Counted from the stretch's first letter, positions 28,666-39,180 are shown. The stretch: 64,000 bases of DNA from a bacterium (GCA_043765155.1 JAYUJP010000027.1:1349-65348); one strand, 5' to 3'. The notes: generated from the letters alone by a model not told the origin. Program-made: numbers and translations.

Positions 28666-30075
28666 ATGAAAAAGAATTTATTATTTATTTTAGTGGGCAT
28701 ATTTTTTATAAATATTATTTTTGTAAAAAGTATTTTCGCTTTGCAGATTAGCGAGATTATGTATGACCCCGCGGGTAGCGACACCGGTAATGAGTGGATA
28801 GAGTTATATAATGATACGGGTAGCAGTATTAACCTAACCACTTATAAATTTTTTGAAAATAATGTTAATCACGGCATAACTGCAAATCAAGGAGGTAGTA
28901 GTATTAGTGCTGGCGAATATGTAGTGTTAGCTGATAATCCTACTAACTTTCTGGCGCAGCATGCAGGATATGTTGGTAAAATATTTGACAGTGCTTTTTC
29001 ACTTTCAAATAGCGGCGAATATTTAGAGATGCGAGACGCTAGTAATATTAACTTGTTTTCTGTAACCTATATTACAAATAACGACGCAAATGGTACCGGA
29101 GGAACTTTAAATTATATTGCAGGAGCTACCTCGACCTGGCAAGTTTTTATAGAGTCTCCAGGAGTAGTGTCACCGCAAAACGCTGTACAAAATAATTCTG
29201 CTAATGCTACCAGCAGCAACTCTACCTCTACGCCTAGCGCTACAACTACTAGCTCAAGCGCTACAAATACAACAACAAATACAGGTGCTACTAATTTTTA
29301 CAGCTCAGGTTATACAAATAAGACTTATACCCTTGGTGATCTTAATATGCTAACCCCAAAAGAAATATGGACTGTGGCTGGTGCCAATACCTACTTTTTT
29401 GTTAAGCCTATAGATTCAAAAAAGAATACAGTGCCTAGTAATACTTATTGGTCATTTGGTGATGGGGCAGAAGGTCTTGGCTCTACTACCACCCACAGAT
29501 ATTATAATGCGGGGTATTATACTGCTTTTGTCGAGAGTGAGATTAGTAATGCCTATGGTATTGAGCGTATAGCGGTAAATGTAGCAAGTCCGGACATATC
29601 AATAAGTGAAATTGGGGATAATTATATTATTATCAAAAATAATAGTAGCACAGAATTAAATATTGGAGGATTTATTATTGGTAGCGATCAGGGATTTTTT
29701 AAGCTATCGCGTCACCTTATTTTAAAAGAAAATTCTGAGCTAAAAATAGACGGTAGAGTAATGGGATTTACAAATCTTACCAACCCTAAAATATTATCTT
29801 CTGATATGGCTAACATATCTGTATATAAGAATAAAGCTAATATAAATCAAGAAATAAAATCAGAAATCCCTAATGCCACTTCTACCTTACAGATAAATAA
29901 AAAAGTCATATTGTCTAAAAATTATCTTTATAAAAATAATCAGTACAAAAAAGACTTAAACCCAAAAGAAAAATCTACAAGCTCTGTAGCATCACTCGCC
30001 GCTAATATAACTCCACCTGTGGACATTACACCTATCAAAAAGGTGAAAAATTGGTTATACTGGTTATATGAATAA
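28666..30075 (+). CDS. Secreted lamin-tail-domain (LTD) protein with a PKD-like domain
   Basis: Signal peptide. LTD motif ISEIMYDPAGSDTGNEWIELYN, and a second LTD-like copy. PKD-like WSFGDGAEGLGSTTTHRYYNAGYYTAFV. Confidence 0.65.
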   Translation: MKKNLLFILVGIFFINIIFVKSIFALQISEIMYDPAGSDTGNEWIELYNDTGSSINLTTYKFFENNVNHGITANQGGSSISAGEYVVLADNPTNFLAQHAGYVGKIFDSAFSLSNSGEYLEMRDASNINLFSVTYITNNDANGTGGTLNYIAGATSTWQVFIESPGVVSPQNAVQNNSANATSSNSTSTPSATTTSSSATNTTTNTGATNFYSSGYTNKTYTLGDLNMLTPKEIWTVAGANTYFFVKPIDSKKNTVPSNTYWSFGDGAEGLGSTTTHRYYNAGYYTAFVESEISNAYGIERIAVNVASPDISISEIGDNYIIIKNNSSTELNIGGFIIGSDQGFFKLSRHLILKENSELKIDGRVMGFTNLTNPKILSSDMANISVYKNKANINQEIKSEIPNATSTLQINKKVILSKNYLYKNNQYKKDLNPKEKSTSSVASLAANITPPVDITPIKKVKNWLYWLYE

Positions 30076-31480
30076 AATTAAATTAAGCCTATTTTGCTTG
30101 TGTCTTTTTACAGCAGCTTTTTCTTATAATGCGTATGCTGCTAATTGGTGGGATGTTGGATACTCGCAGGGAGTTACTGTGCAGAGTAGTACTCAGAGTC
30201 AAGTTATAATACCTGAGACTAATATATCTACTAATCCTAGCACCTCCAATAATTCAAATACAAATTCTACTACAAATATAAGTACGACCCCTCTAAAAAT
30301 TATAAGTTATGATGTAGAGGGTGACGCTAATGGTAACAATATAAGAGATGAGGTTGATGGTATAATATCAAGTCTAGTATCTCAATATAATTTTGACCTA
30401 AAGCAAAAAAGGTCTTTGGAGCAGATAGCTAGGTCCTATCAGTATGTGCTTATATTTGCTCCTAATAGTGTGAGCTCTGCTTTTCAAGTTAATATAAGAG
30501 ATGTGGCCGCTACAAAGTGTGCTGAGCAGAGGCTACCTGCCAGCACACTTGACCTTGTTGTAGAAAAAATAGAAGCAGCAACCCTTAATACTCCTCAAAA
30601 GAGAGCGGCATACGATGTTTATACAAACTTTTTAGATGAAAATAGTCAGGGAGTTAGCAGCAATTCTTCTTGTGAGGACGAATTTTCTGGGTCTGGTGCA
30701 AACCCTAATAATGGAGGACCTATTACTTTGGGTGAGCAGTCTTTGCCTTGCCTAGTACTGAACCAGTTTATGGAAATAGGTAGCTCAGGTCAGCAAGTTA
30801 TCAAGCTTCAGACCTTTCTAGTATTATCAGGTAATATGTCAGTGTGGCCAACTGGATATTTTGGAGGTAATACAGCCTTTGCTGTCAAAAATTTCCAAAA
30901 CAAATACGGCATAGATAGCAGCAGATCATGGGTTGGTCCTAGTACTAGGGCAAAAGTAGCTGAGACAACCTGTAACGGAGACCCTAGTGCAATAGCTTCA
31001 GCTCGTAATGGTTTTAGTGTTAAAAAGTATGTAGCCCCTAAAAAAGTAGTATACAAAAAGCCAGCAATTAAGACTGTGTCTGAGACTACAACAATAGAGA
31101 TAGCAACTACAACTATTGAGACATCAACTATTTTTGTAGATAATACTAGCCTCGCTGTACTATCTAATACGTCTGGGACTTTTGATACAAGAAGAAACCC
31201 GATCAATGCACTTTACTTTACAGTAAAAGCCGACACAAAAAGAGACGAGTTATATGTATGTACCGAGAGTAAGTTAAATTCAAATTGTTTTGATCAAAGT
31301 TCATATACACTAGTTAGGCAAAAGTATGACAGTACTACCTACGACAGTATAGCTAGCAACGATAGATGGATATTTAATATATATTATAATCAAAATACTT
31401 GGGGTAATACAGGAGGAAAAATATATTTTAAAAATGGCACCGGCGGAGTCCCGAGTGTATATAGTGTGAACGTAAGATAA
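30068..31480 (+). CDS. Secreted protein with a peptidoglycan-binding (PG_binding_1) domain
   Basis: Signal peptide. GQQVIKLQTFLVLSG...GYFGGNTAFAVKNFQNKYGI. 8-nt overlap with the upstream gene. Confidence 0.55.
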   Translation: MNKIKLSLFCLCLFTAAFSYNAYAANWWDVGYSQGVTVQSSTQSQVIIPETNISTNPSTSNNSNTNSTTNISTTPLKIISYDVEGDANGNNIRDEVDGIISSLVSQYNFDLKQKRSLEQIARSYQYVLIFAPNSVSSAFQVNIRDVAATKCAEQRLPASTLDLVVEKIEAATLNTPQKRAAYDVYTNFLDENSQGVSSNSSCEDEFSGSGANPNNGGPITLGEQSLPCLVLNQFMEIGSSGQQVIKLQTFLVLSGNMSVWPTGYFGGNTAFAVKNFQNKYGIDSSRSWVGPSTRAKVAETTCNGDPSAIASARNGFSVKKYVAPKKVVYKKPAIKTVSETTTIEIATTTIETSTIFVDNTSLAVLSNTSGTFDTRRNPINALYFTVKADTKRDELYVCTESKLNSNCFDQSSYTLVRQKYDSTTYDSIASNDRWIFNIYYNQNTWGNTGGKIYFKNGTGGVPSVYSVNVR

Positions 31481-31635
31481 GTCATATTTTTTAAATTTAA
31501 GAAAAAATAACTTAAAAATATATATCTGAAATTTTAAATCAAGAGTTAAATAAACAAGAAATAAATGTTAAAAAATTCTCTTTTTTCAGAAGCTCATATT
31601 TTGTAATCTCCCTACCCTTAATAATATTAACATGT

Positions 31636-31866
31636 TTGATATTTTATAATTATATTATCCATCCTTGTGGCAATGATTGGGGGTGTAACTTGTATTTTGC
31701 TCTTGCTTTCATGCTCACGCTGCCTGTACTTATAGTAACTTCTTTTTTAATACTCTTTAATTTTCTTTTTAGAAGAAGTGTACAGAGTAAGTGGGCCAGA
31801 TTCTTTTTAGTCATATTCCTTTTCACACTAATAGTTTTATTCTTAGTTTCCTATTTTCTATTTTAA
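31636..31866 (+). CDS. Small hypothetical membrane protein
   Basis: ORF track. Two hydrophobic helices. Confidence 0.25.
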   Translation: MIFYNYIIHPCGNDWGCNLYFALAFMLTLPVLIVTSFLILFNFLFRRSVQSKWARFFLVIFLFTLIVLFLVSYFLF

Positions 31867-31949
31867 TGGCTTCCGAGTATTAAAATTGTGTTATTGGTTA
31901 TAGGCCTAAACCACTTTACATTAGACTATGAATAGGTTATAATTAGACC

Positions 31950-33005
31950 ATGTTAAAACCAGTATTTAGCCTAAATACAGAGCTGTTAGATAATATAGTA
32001 AAGATTAAAAATATTGTAAGTGAGTTAAATAATCAAAAGTTTTCAGGCTTGGTATTGTTAGACTTGGAAAAAAATAGTTATGCGCTATCCGCTTTTGCCT
32101 CTACTAGTATAGAAGGAAACCCCCTACCCTTAACAGACGTAAAAAGACTTTTAAAACAAAAGCCAGAAAAAATTAGAGATACAGAAAGAGAGGTGCTAAA
32201 TTATAATAAGGCTCTTGAATTTTTAAATACTGAAACATCCAGAGACCTAAAGGTAAAAGTAAATACAGATAAAAGCAAAAAATTAGAATCAAAAATAAAT
32301 AATGATTTTATTTGCAAGATACAGTCTATTGTAATAGAGGGGCTATTAGATAAAAGTAATATTGGGAAATTTAGGAAAAATCCTGTCATAGTCAACGACC
32401 CTAAAAAAAGAAAAGTAGCATATATACCGGCAGATGCAAAAGACGTAGAAAGACTAATGAGTGAGCTCACGAATTTTATACATTCAGAAGCCAAAAATGT
32501 CGACCCTTTAATTTTGGCTGGGATTTTCCATAAGCAATTTGTTATAATTCATCCGTTTATGGATGGTAACGGTAGGACAACTAGACTGGTGACAAAGTAT
32601 TTATTGGCTAGTATGGGACTAGACACTTTTAAGCTTTTTAGTTTTGAGAATTACTATAATAAAAATGTGACTAATTATTTTTCAAAAGTAGGTGTGCTGG
32701 GTGATTATTATGAGATAAAAGATAAAATTGATTTTACTGACTGGCTAGTTTATTTTACAGGAGGTATTATTGATGAGCTTCTAAGAGTTCAGAAAATACT
32801 TGAGAGCACTAATATAAAAAGAACAGAACCTTATGAGCAGATAATTCTTGATTTTATTAAAAAGAACAAATCTATCTCTAAAAGTGAATATGAAAAAATT
32901 ACAGACAGAAAAAGATCTACCCAAATTTTAGATTTTAAAAGATTGGTAGATAAAGGTATGATAAAAAGAGAAAATAAAGGCAAGGCCACTTATTATACTA
33001 TCTAA
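31950..33005 (+). CDS. Fic family protein (class II, N-terminal inhibitory helix) with a C-terminal winged HTH
   Basis: Fic motif HPFMDGNGRTTRL. Inhibitory motif (S/T)xxxE(G/N) = STSIEGN upstream of the core. C-terminal wHTH. Confidence 0.8.
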   Translation: MLKPVFSLNTELLDNIVKIKNIVSELNNQKFSGLVLLDLEKNSYALSAFASTSIEGNPLPLTDVKRLLKQKPEKIRDTEREVLNYNKALEFLNTETSRDLKVKVNTDKSKKLESKINNDFICKIQSIVIEGLLDKSNIGKFRKNPVIVNDPKKRKVAYIPADAKDVERLMSELTNFIHSEAKNVDPLILAGIFHKQFVIIHPFMDGNGRTTRLVTKYLLASMGLDTFKLFSFENYYNKNVTNYFSKVGVLGDYYEIKDKIDFTDWLVYFTGGIIDELLRVQKILESTNIKRTEPYEQIILDFIKKNKSISKSEYEKITDRKRSTQILDFKRLVDKGMIKRENKGKATYYTI

Positions 33006-33040
33006 AATAGGATATAGTACAAAAGCCTATTGCTTATATA

Positions 33041-33050
33041 GGGGGGGGGG
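33041..33050 (+). repeat. G10 homopolymer directly abutting a TGATATAAT -10 box. Candidate phase-variable promoter.
   Basis: gggggggggg then tgatataat (33051..33059), 31 nt before the ATG at 33090. Confidence 0.6.
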
Positions 33051-33089
33051 TGATATAATTGACTTAGTAAAAATTAAATAATAATAAAA

Positions 33090-34346
33090 ATGCAACAAAA
33101 TAAAATCTTAAAAAAAATTAGCATAAGCATACTAATATTAGTAGGAATATTTAACATAAGTCATGCGCAGATTCCAAGTAATGATGTAGACAGATGCATA
33201 AAAATAAAGAAAAATATCCGCTTTTTAAGTCGTGATAGCAGTAGATCAAATGACGTTACACGGCTTCAGATTTTTCTAAAAAATGAAGGGTATCTAAAAT
33301 CACAGGCGGATGGAGTATTTAGAGTTAGTACTCGCTCAGCTGTGATTACATTCCAGAAAGATAATGGATTTGGCGCGGCTGCCAAAGGTAATGTTGGCCC
33401 AACTACTCGCACAAAAATACAAGAGCTAACTTGCAATAATGCCGATGTTACTGTTAAGCCAGTGAATACTAACATTATCACATCAGGACAAATAAATACT
33501 GCAGTCTCAACAGTAACAGTAAATAAAGTTCAACCATATCTGGAATCATATATAGATTATGTAGACTCTAAGAGAGATGCATTTGTCATGAATTGGAAAG
33601 CCTCTAGTCCCGTTGGTGTTAAGCTTATTGTGGATTGTCGCCCAGGAATTAATATAATATCTGACCAGAGTAATGGTAAAAATATCTGTGATAGTAACGG
33701 CACTGTTGGAGTGTGGGAGAATGTAGACTCTGGTTCTGTTATTATAAGATCGAAAGGCAATGTATCTAGTTTTGGAGTGGGGGCAACTTTAGGAATTCTT
33801 GATAAAAATGGAGAATTCGTAAAGAATAGTAATATTTCTGATGGAAAAGGGAGACTTATGATGCAAAATGAGGTATTTGTTATAACTTTTCCAGCTGATG
33901 CAGCTGCTGTAGCAAGTGCTGCCATTAATACACAAGTTCCGTCAGTATTTTCTAACGGAGTAGAGTCTATTAATGGCATCGCTGTGCCTCCTATGCCAAG
34001 TGCCCCTAATTTGAATATCGCTGGTATAGATACAAATAATAACGGTATGCGCGACGATGTAGACCGAGCATTAGCTAGCCGCACTGGGGCTAATTCAGAG
34101 ATTTATAATTTTGCTGTTAAGTCTGCCAAAAATTTGCAACTAGCCATAACTTCGGTTAGTGCAACTACAGCAAGTAGGGCGATATTTGAAGATACAAATC
34201 AGCAAGCTTGCGGTAGTGCGTCAGCAAAAGAGGGCGCTAAAATTTCTAATGAGGAGACGCTGAATACCAGAGAAAGACAGGGCGCTGCTGTAGCAGCTTA
34301 TTTTAGTGGTCTTACTGCAGAAAATGCTGTTATTAGTTGTCAATAA
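33090..34346 (+). CDS. Secreted protein with an N-terminal peptidoglycan-binding domain
   Basis: Signal peptide. VTRLQIFLKNEGYL...DGVFRVSTRSAVITFQKDNGF. Confidence 0.55.
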   Translation: MQQNKILKKISISILILVGIFNISHAQIPSNDVDRCIKIKKNIRFLSRDSSRSNDVTRLQIFLKNEGYLKSQADGVFRVSTRSAVITFQKDNGFGAAAKGNVGPTTRTKIQELTCNNADVTVKPVNTNIITSGQINTAVSTVTVNKVQPYLESYIDYVDSKRDAFVMNWKASSPVGVKLIVDCRPGINIISDQSNGKNICDSNGTVGVWENVDSGSVIIRSKGNVSSFGVGATLGILDKNGEFVKNSNISDGKGRLMMQNEVFVITFPADAAAVASAAINTQVPSVFSNGVESINGIAVPPMPSAPNLNIAGIDTNNNGMRDDVDRALASRTGANSEIYNFAVKSAKNLQLAITSVSATTASRAIFEDTNQQACGSASAKEGAKISNEETLNTRERQGAAVAAYFSGLTAENAVISCQ

Positions 34347-34372
34347 TAAATTCGCTATAACTTTAACTAAAA

Positions 34373-35431
34373 ATGAAGAAAATCATTACTAAAATATTTA
34401 ATTATTTAAAATATGTTATATGTATAATTATATTTTTAGTTCTATGTTTTTTTCTATATAGCGTATATATAAAGTTTTTTGTTGAAAGTAAAAGTTTAGA
34501 AAATATTAAGCCTCAAAATACAGAAATCATTCAGATTAATATTAACGGTAATCAAGAGGAGGTAGCTTCTCAGGAATATAATAGTAGCTCAGGTGAAGTG
34601 GTTATATTTGTTGGTGGACTATCTGGCTGGGGAGACACATGGTCTAGATCTATTTTAGAATTTAATAAAAATACAAAAAATAGATACAGAGTCATAGTGA
34701 TAGATATACCACCTTTTGGATTTTCAGAAAAGTCAAAAGAAAATAATTATAACAGAGTATCTCAAGCTAAAAGGATAAATACTTTTATAGAAAATAAAAA
34801 CCTTAAAGATGTAATCTTTGTTGCGCATTCTTATGGAGCAGGACTAGCTGCCGAGGCTATTTTGCAAAATAAAAGTTATTATAAAAAGTTTATTATAATT
34901 GACGGAGCCTTGTCTATAAAAAGTCTAGAAATTAAACTTGTTAATAATGTTGATAGCAATAATAATTTCTCTTTAGACGTAAAAGAAAAATATAATTTTT
35001 TAGAAAATATAAAAAAATCACTGTTGTCATCTATAATAAGGGTTGTAGTTCATACAGATTTTATCGCTAAAAATAGATTAGAGTCTTTTGTTAATATAAC
35101 TTCAAATATAGATAAGAGTCTGGTTGATAAATATGTTTTCCCGACTTATAAAAAAGAGTCATCAAATAAGCTAGGCGATTGGGCCAATCAATACGTGTCA
35201 GAAAGTAAGAATAATATGAGTAACAATATTGAGAATTATAAGAGCTTAAGTATACCTGTTCGCTTAATATGGGGTGAAGAAGATACTTTAACTCCAATAA
35301 AAGAAACAGAAATACTTTTGAAAAATGTATCTGACATAAAAATTAGAAAGTTGAAAGGTGTTGGACATATACCAATGATAGAAGATTATAAAAATTTTGA
35401 CGAGGCCCTTATTAATTCAATTAATAATTAA
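34373..35431 (+). CDS. Alpha/beta hydrolase fold protein, membrane-anchored
   Basis: N-terminal TM. Nucleophile elbow AHSYGAG (GxSxG-type). C-terminal GHIPM (catalytic His). Confidence 0.6.
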   Translation: MKKIITKIFNYLKYVICIIIFLVLCFFLYSVYIKFFVESKSLENIKPQNTEIIQININGNQEEVASQEYNSSSGEVVIFVGGLSGWGDTWSRSILEFNKNTKNRYRVIVIDIPPFGFSEKSKENNYNRVSQAKRINTFIENKNLKDVIFVAHSYGAGLAAEAILQNKSYYKKFIIIDGALSIKSLEIKLVNNVDSNNNFSLDVKEKYNFLENIKKSLLSSIIRVVVHTDFIAKNRLESFVNITSNIDKSLVDKYVFPTYKKESSNKLGDWANQYVSESKNNMSNNIENYKSLSIPVRLIWGEEDTLTPIKETEILLKNVSDIKIRKLKGVGHIPMIEDYKNFDEALINSINN

Positions 35432-35506
35432 AAAATGTGCTATAATTATATTAATTAAAATTTAAAAGTATTAAGTAGATAATTCTACAAAATCAAAATC
35501 AAAAAT

Positions 35507-35926
35507 ATGCAAAAAGCAAATAAAATAGTAAAGTTAATAACCCTTTTTCTAACAGTGTTGTTTGTAGGTATAGTGTTAATGGAGCGTATACCAGGAGTGA
35601 TGATAGCTACAGCTGACAAGTATGAGAGTCTTATGTTTGGGTTATTTAAAATATCACTACTTGACGATATAACTCACGGCTTGTCTGGATTGCTGGGGCT
35701 GTATGCACTCATAAAAGGTTATAGATATAGTGTATATTTTTTAATGTTTATTGGCGGGTATTATTCTCTTGATGCCACCTTTTTTATAATAAATGGATTT
35801 ATAACCGGTCAGGGATTTATTGAAAATATAATGTTAAATGGCCCTCATATCGGTATCACTGCACTTATTATCTTTGCGCTATTTAAATCCCTTAAGAAAA
35901 TTGAGCTTAATCAAGACATCAAATAA
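35507..35926 (+). CDS. Small integral membrane protein
   Basis: Four predicted TM helices. Confidence 0.4.
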   Translation: MQKANKIVKLITLFLTVLFVGIVLMERIPGVMIATADKYESLMFGLFKISLLDDITHGLSGLLGLYALIKGYRYSVYFLMFIGGYYSLDATFFIINGFITGQGFIENIMLNGPHIGITALIIFALFKSLKKIELNQDIK

Positions 35927-35961
35927 TATAGAGTATAAATTTATATTTTTAAATAATATAT

Positions 35962-38493
35962 ATGCTTAAGAAAATAAATAAAATTAGTCTTAAAAATATT
36001 AAGCCATTTAAAGTTGCGGTATTTTTATGCGTGCTTACTTTTATTATTTTGATTTTGTCACAGACTATTTATACAAAAAATAACCCAAGGCAAGATAAAC
36101 TTAATAGAGAGCTAGAAAATACTAAAAATAAAATAGTGAATGAAGTAACAGAATTGTACCCTATAAAAGTCGTAGACATAGTGGTGCCGCATAGTACAGA
36201 GGAGATATCTGAGTATGTTAAAAAGTATGACCATATATCGATTGGAGGTGGACGTAATAGTATGGGTGGGCAGACTGCAAGCGAGAAAGCGGTGCAGATA
36301 GACATGCGGGAATTTAATAAAATACTTAACCTATCAACCACTACAAAAGAAATAACCGTACAGACTGGTGCAAGATGGAGAGATGTGCAAGATTATATCG
36401 ACCCATATAACCTCTCTGTAAAAATAATGCAGACTTATTCTAACTTTACTGTAGGGGGGTCACTGTCTGTTAACGTACACGGTAGATACGTAGGACTCGG
36501 GCCTATAATATTATCTGTTAAAAGTATAAAAGTAGTGCTAGCGAGCGGTGAAGTTGTAATAGCGAGCCCAATAGAAAACCAAGAGATATTTTTCTCAGCT
36601 ATTGGTGGTTATGGGGGTATAGGAGTTATAACAGAGGCAACTTTGGAGTTAGCTGATAATGTGAGTGTAGAGCGATCAAGGGTTAAGATGCCAATAGGTG
36701 AGTATGCTAATTATTTTAAAAATATAATAAAAGCTAGTAGTTCAAAAATACTTTTTCATAATGGTGATATATATCCGATGGATTTTGATAGTGTGAGCGG
36801 TGTTAGTTGGATTGTTACTGATAAGACACCTACAACAAAAGATAAATTAATACCAAGATCTCAAGATTATTGGCTTGAGCGTTTTGTCTGGGTGACTATG
36901 AGCGAATGGCCTCTAGGCAAGTGGATACGTGAATATATCTTAGAACCTGTTTTATACAGCGGCACTCAGCCAGTACATACTAGAAATTATGAGGCAAGCT
37001 ATGATATTATGGAGCTAGAGCCAGAAAGCAGAGCGTCTAGTACTTATGTGTTACAAGAATACTTTGTACCTGTGGAAAATTTTGATGTATGGATACCAAA
37101 GATGAAAAAAGTTTTTGTTGATAATAATGTAAATCTTTTGAATGTTTCTATACGTCACGCCCTCCCTGATCCAGGGTCAAAACTTGCTTGGGCAAAAGGT
37201 GAGAGCTTTGCTTTTGTTATATATTATAAACAAGGTACTGATGAAAAATCAAAACAAGAAGTTGCTAATTGGACAAGGCAAATGATAGATCAGGTGTTAA
37301 TGGTTGACGGAGGTTATTATCTACCTTATCAGCCACATGCGACCGACGAGCAATTTTATGCTGCGTATCCAAAGTGGCAAGAGTATTTTGAAATTAAAAA
37401 TAAGTATGACTCTACAGGTAAATTCACAAATAAGCTTTGGGATAAATATTATAATAAAAACAAAATAGAAAATTATAAAAATAAACAAGAAATTATAAGT
37501 ATATCCAGTAGCACAAAAGACTATTTTAGACCCGCTGATAATATGTACTTGTCTATACCTGAGTGGTATATAGTTTATAGTGCAGGCGAATATGCAAGTG
37601 TACTCAAAAATAATATGCCCAGCAGTTTTAATTACTCACAAGCTATAAAAAATTACTGGGAACAATTTGATATAGTAAATAAAAAAGTTGCGACAAGTAC
37701 AACCAGTAACTTAGATTATATTAATATACTAAAAGTTATAGGAGTCAGCTTTACCGCAGAAAATATTGTAAAGGTCCTGTATGAAAATACTATAGGTAGA
37801 GTGTCAGAATATTTAGCTGGAAATGTACAAGTGGCAGAGGATAAATTAGCCTATGAGGGGGCAAAAAGTTACGCAGACTTTATTTATGACTACCCTTGGT
37901 ATGACTTTAACTATGGATTTTATTTTAAAAAAGTGTGGACTGTAAGTGATTATGAAGCTACGCGAGGAGTAGAAAAAAAATATACTATCGGGCAAAATAC
38001 AAGAAGAGTAGAGAGGAAAATGTTCCTGAGTTTAGAGTACGGCATAAAGTATTTGTATGCAAAAGCTATTGCTTATGCTACCCACACAAAGTTTGGAGTT
38101 CAGAATGATATAATAAGCGCAGTAGTCATAAAAAATTATACAGAAAAAGAGAGTAATAAAAATATAAAAGAAATAATTAGTGCTGCGCATTATCAGCCGT
38201 TTACTAAAAAGTTAATAGAAGATTTTGATTACGCATACAAAAATAATTATGAGTATAAAATTTTAGATATAGCTGGAAATAGCCTAATAACTTTTTCTTA
38301 TATAGATAGCGTAGGTGCAATTATCTCAGATAACACAAAAGAGATTTTGCGTGATGAAGAAAACATAGATGTAGATGGAGTACTAATTAAAAAAGATAGA
38401 ATAACTGTTGAGACTGGTGTCAGTAATCTATTTGCAATTTATAAAGAGTTAAAAAATAAAAATATAGTAATAGACCATCTATATGATTACTAG
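35962..38493 (+). CDS. FAD-binding (PCMH-type) oxidase, D-arabinono-1,4-lactone/gulonolactone-oxidase-like, with an N-terminal TM and a long C-terminal extension
   Basis: FAD_binding_4-like VVPHSTEEISEYVKKYDHISIGGGRNSMGGQ. ALO-like middle region. About 350 aa unassigned C-terminal. Confidence 0.55.
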   Translation: MLKKINKISLKNIKPFKVAVFLCVLTFIILILSQTIYTKNNPRQDKLNRELENTKNKIVNEVTELYPIKVVDIVVPHSTEEISEYVKKYDHISIGGGRNSMGGQTASEKAVQIDMREFNKILNLSTTTKEITVQTGARWRDVQDYIDPYNLSVKIMQTYSNFTVGGSLSVNVHGRYVGLGPIILSVKSIKVVLASGEVVIASPIENQEIFFSAIGGYGGIGVITEATLELADNVSVERSRVKMPIGEYANYFKNIIKASSSKILFHNGDIYPMDFDSVSGVSWIVTDKTPTTKDKLIPRSQDYWLERFVWVTMSEWPLGKWIREYILEPVLYSGTQPVHTRNYEASYDIMELEPESRASSTYVLQEYFVPVENFDVWIPKMKKVFVDNNVNLLNVSIRHALPDPGSKLAWAKGESFAFVIYYKQGTDEKSKQEVANWTRQMIDQVLMVDGGYYLPYQPHATDEQFYAAYPKWQEYFEIKNKYDSTGKFTNKLWDKYYNKNKIENYKNKQEIISISSSTKDYFRPADNMYLSIPEWYIVYSAGEYASVLKNNMPSSFNYSQAIKNYWEQFDIVNKKVATSTTSNLDYINILKVIGVSFTAENIVKVLYENTIGRVSEYLAGNVQVAEDKLAYEGAKSYADFIYDYPWYDFNYGFYFKKVWTVSDYEATRGVEKKYTIGQNTRRVERKMFLSLEYGIKYLYAKAIAYATHTKFGVQNDIISAVVIKNYTEKESNKNIKEIISAAHYQPFTKKLIEDFDYAYKNNYEYKILDIAGNSLITFSYIDSVGAIISDNTKEILRDEENIDVDGVLIKKDRITVETGVSNLFAIYKELKNKNIVIDHLYDY

Positions 38494-38532
38494 TCTAAAA
38501 AAATAATATACACAATATATAAATAATTTTTA

Positions 38533-39048
38533 TTATTTCTTCTCAATAACTATACCGTAACCTCTTGGCATTTTTTTGAGTGGCTCGGCTATCTTATATT
38601 CGCAGGGGATGATGGCAAGCACGCGGTTAAGCCTTTCTTTTAAAAAGCTCTCCTCCATAAATTTACCTCTACCTTTTAATTGTAGTTCAAATTTTACTCT
38701 GTGTCCCTCTTTTATCCACTCAGCTGACTGATTAGTTTTGACTGCTATGTCATGATCGCTAATACCAACACTCAGCTGTACATTTTTGGTCTCAGTTGAG
38801 TTAGATTTTGCTTTTACGTCTTTTAACTTTTTAGATAATTCGTATTGATATTTGCCATAATCAGCTATACGCGCTACTGGTATACCCTCACCACCACCTG
38901 AGACCTCGATAAGGTCTAGTCCGGATTTTTTTGCAGCGGCCATAGCATCTTCACGCCTTAGCACTCCTAAGTTAGATCCGTTCTGGTCTATTACGCGTAG
39001 CTCAGGTGAGCGTATCGCGTTGTTTATCATTGTTCTTGGTGGATGCAC
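38533..39048 (-). CDS. infC: Translation initiation factor IF-3. The true start may be internal or non-ATG.
   Basis: INNAIRSPELRVIDQNGSNLGVL...PVARIADYGKYQYE, both IF-3 domains. Confidence 0.8.
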   Translation of the reverse strand: MHPPRTMINNAIRSPELRVIDQNGSNLGVLRREDAMAAAKKSGLDLIEVSGGGEGIPVARIADYGKYQYELSKKLKDVKAKSNSTETKNVQLSVGISDHDIAVKTNQSAEWIKEGHRVKFELQLKGRGKFMEESFLKERLNRVLAIIPCEYKIAEPLKKMPRGYGIVIEKK

Positions 39049-39180
39049 AGTTGTATATTTAAATTATTATATTAAGTTAGAATTTTGTAATTTCTTATAT
39101 ATATAATAACATATATTTTTATTTTTACAAATTATAAATATAGTGGTATAATTAAAATAATAAAAATACAGTAAAATATC

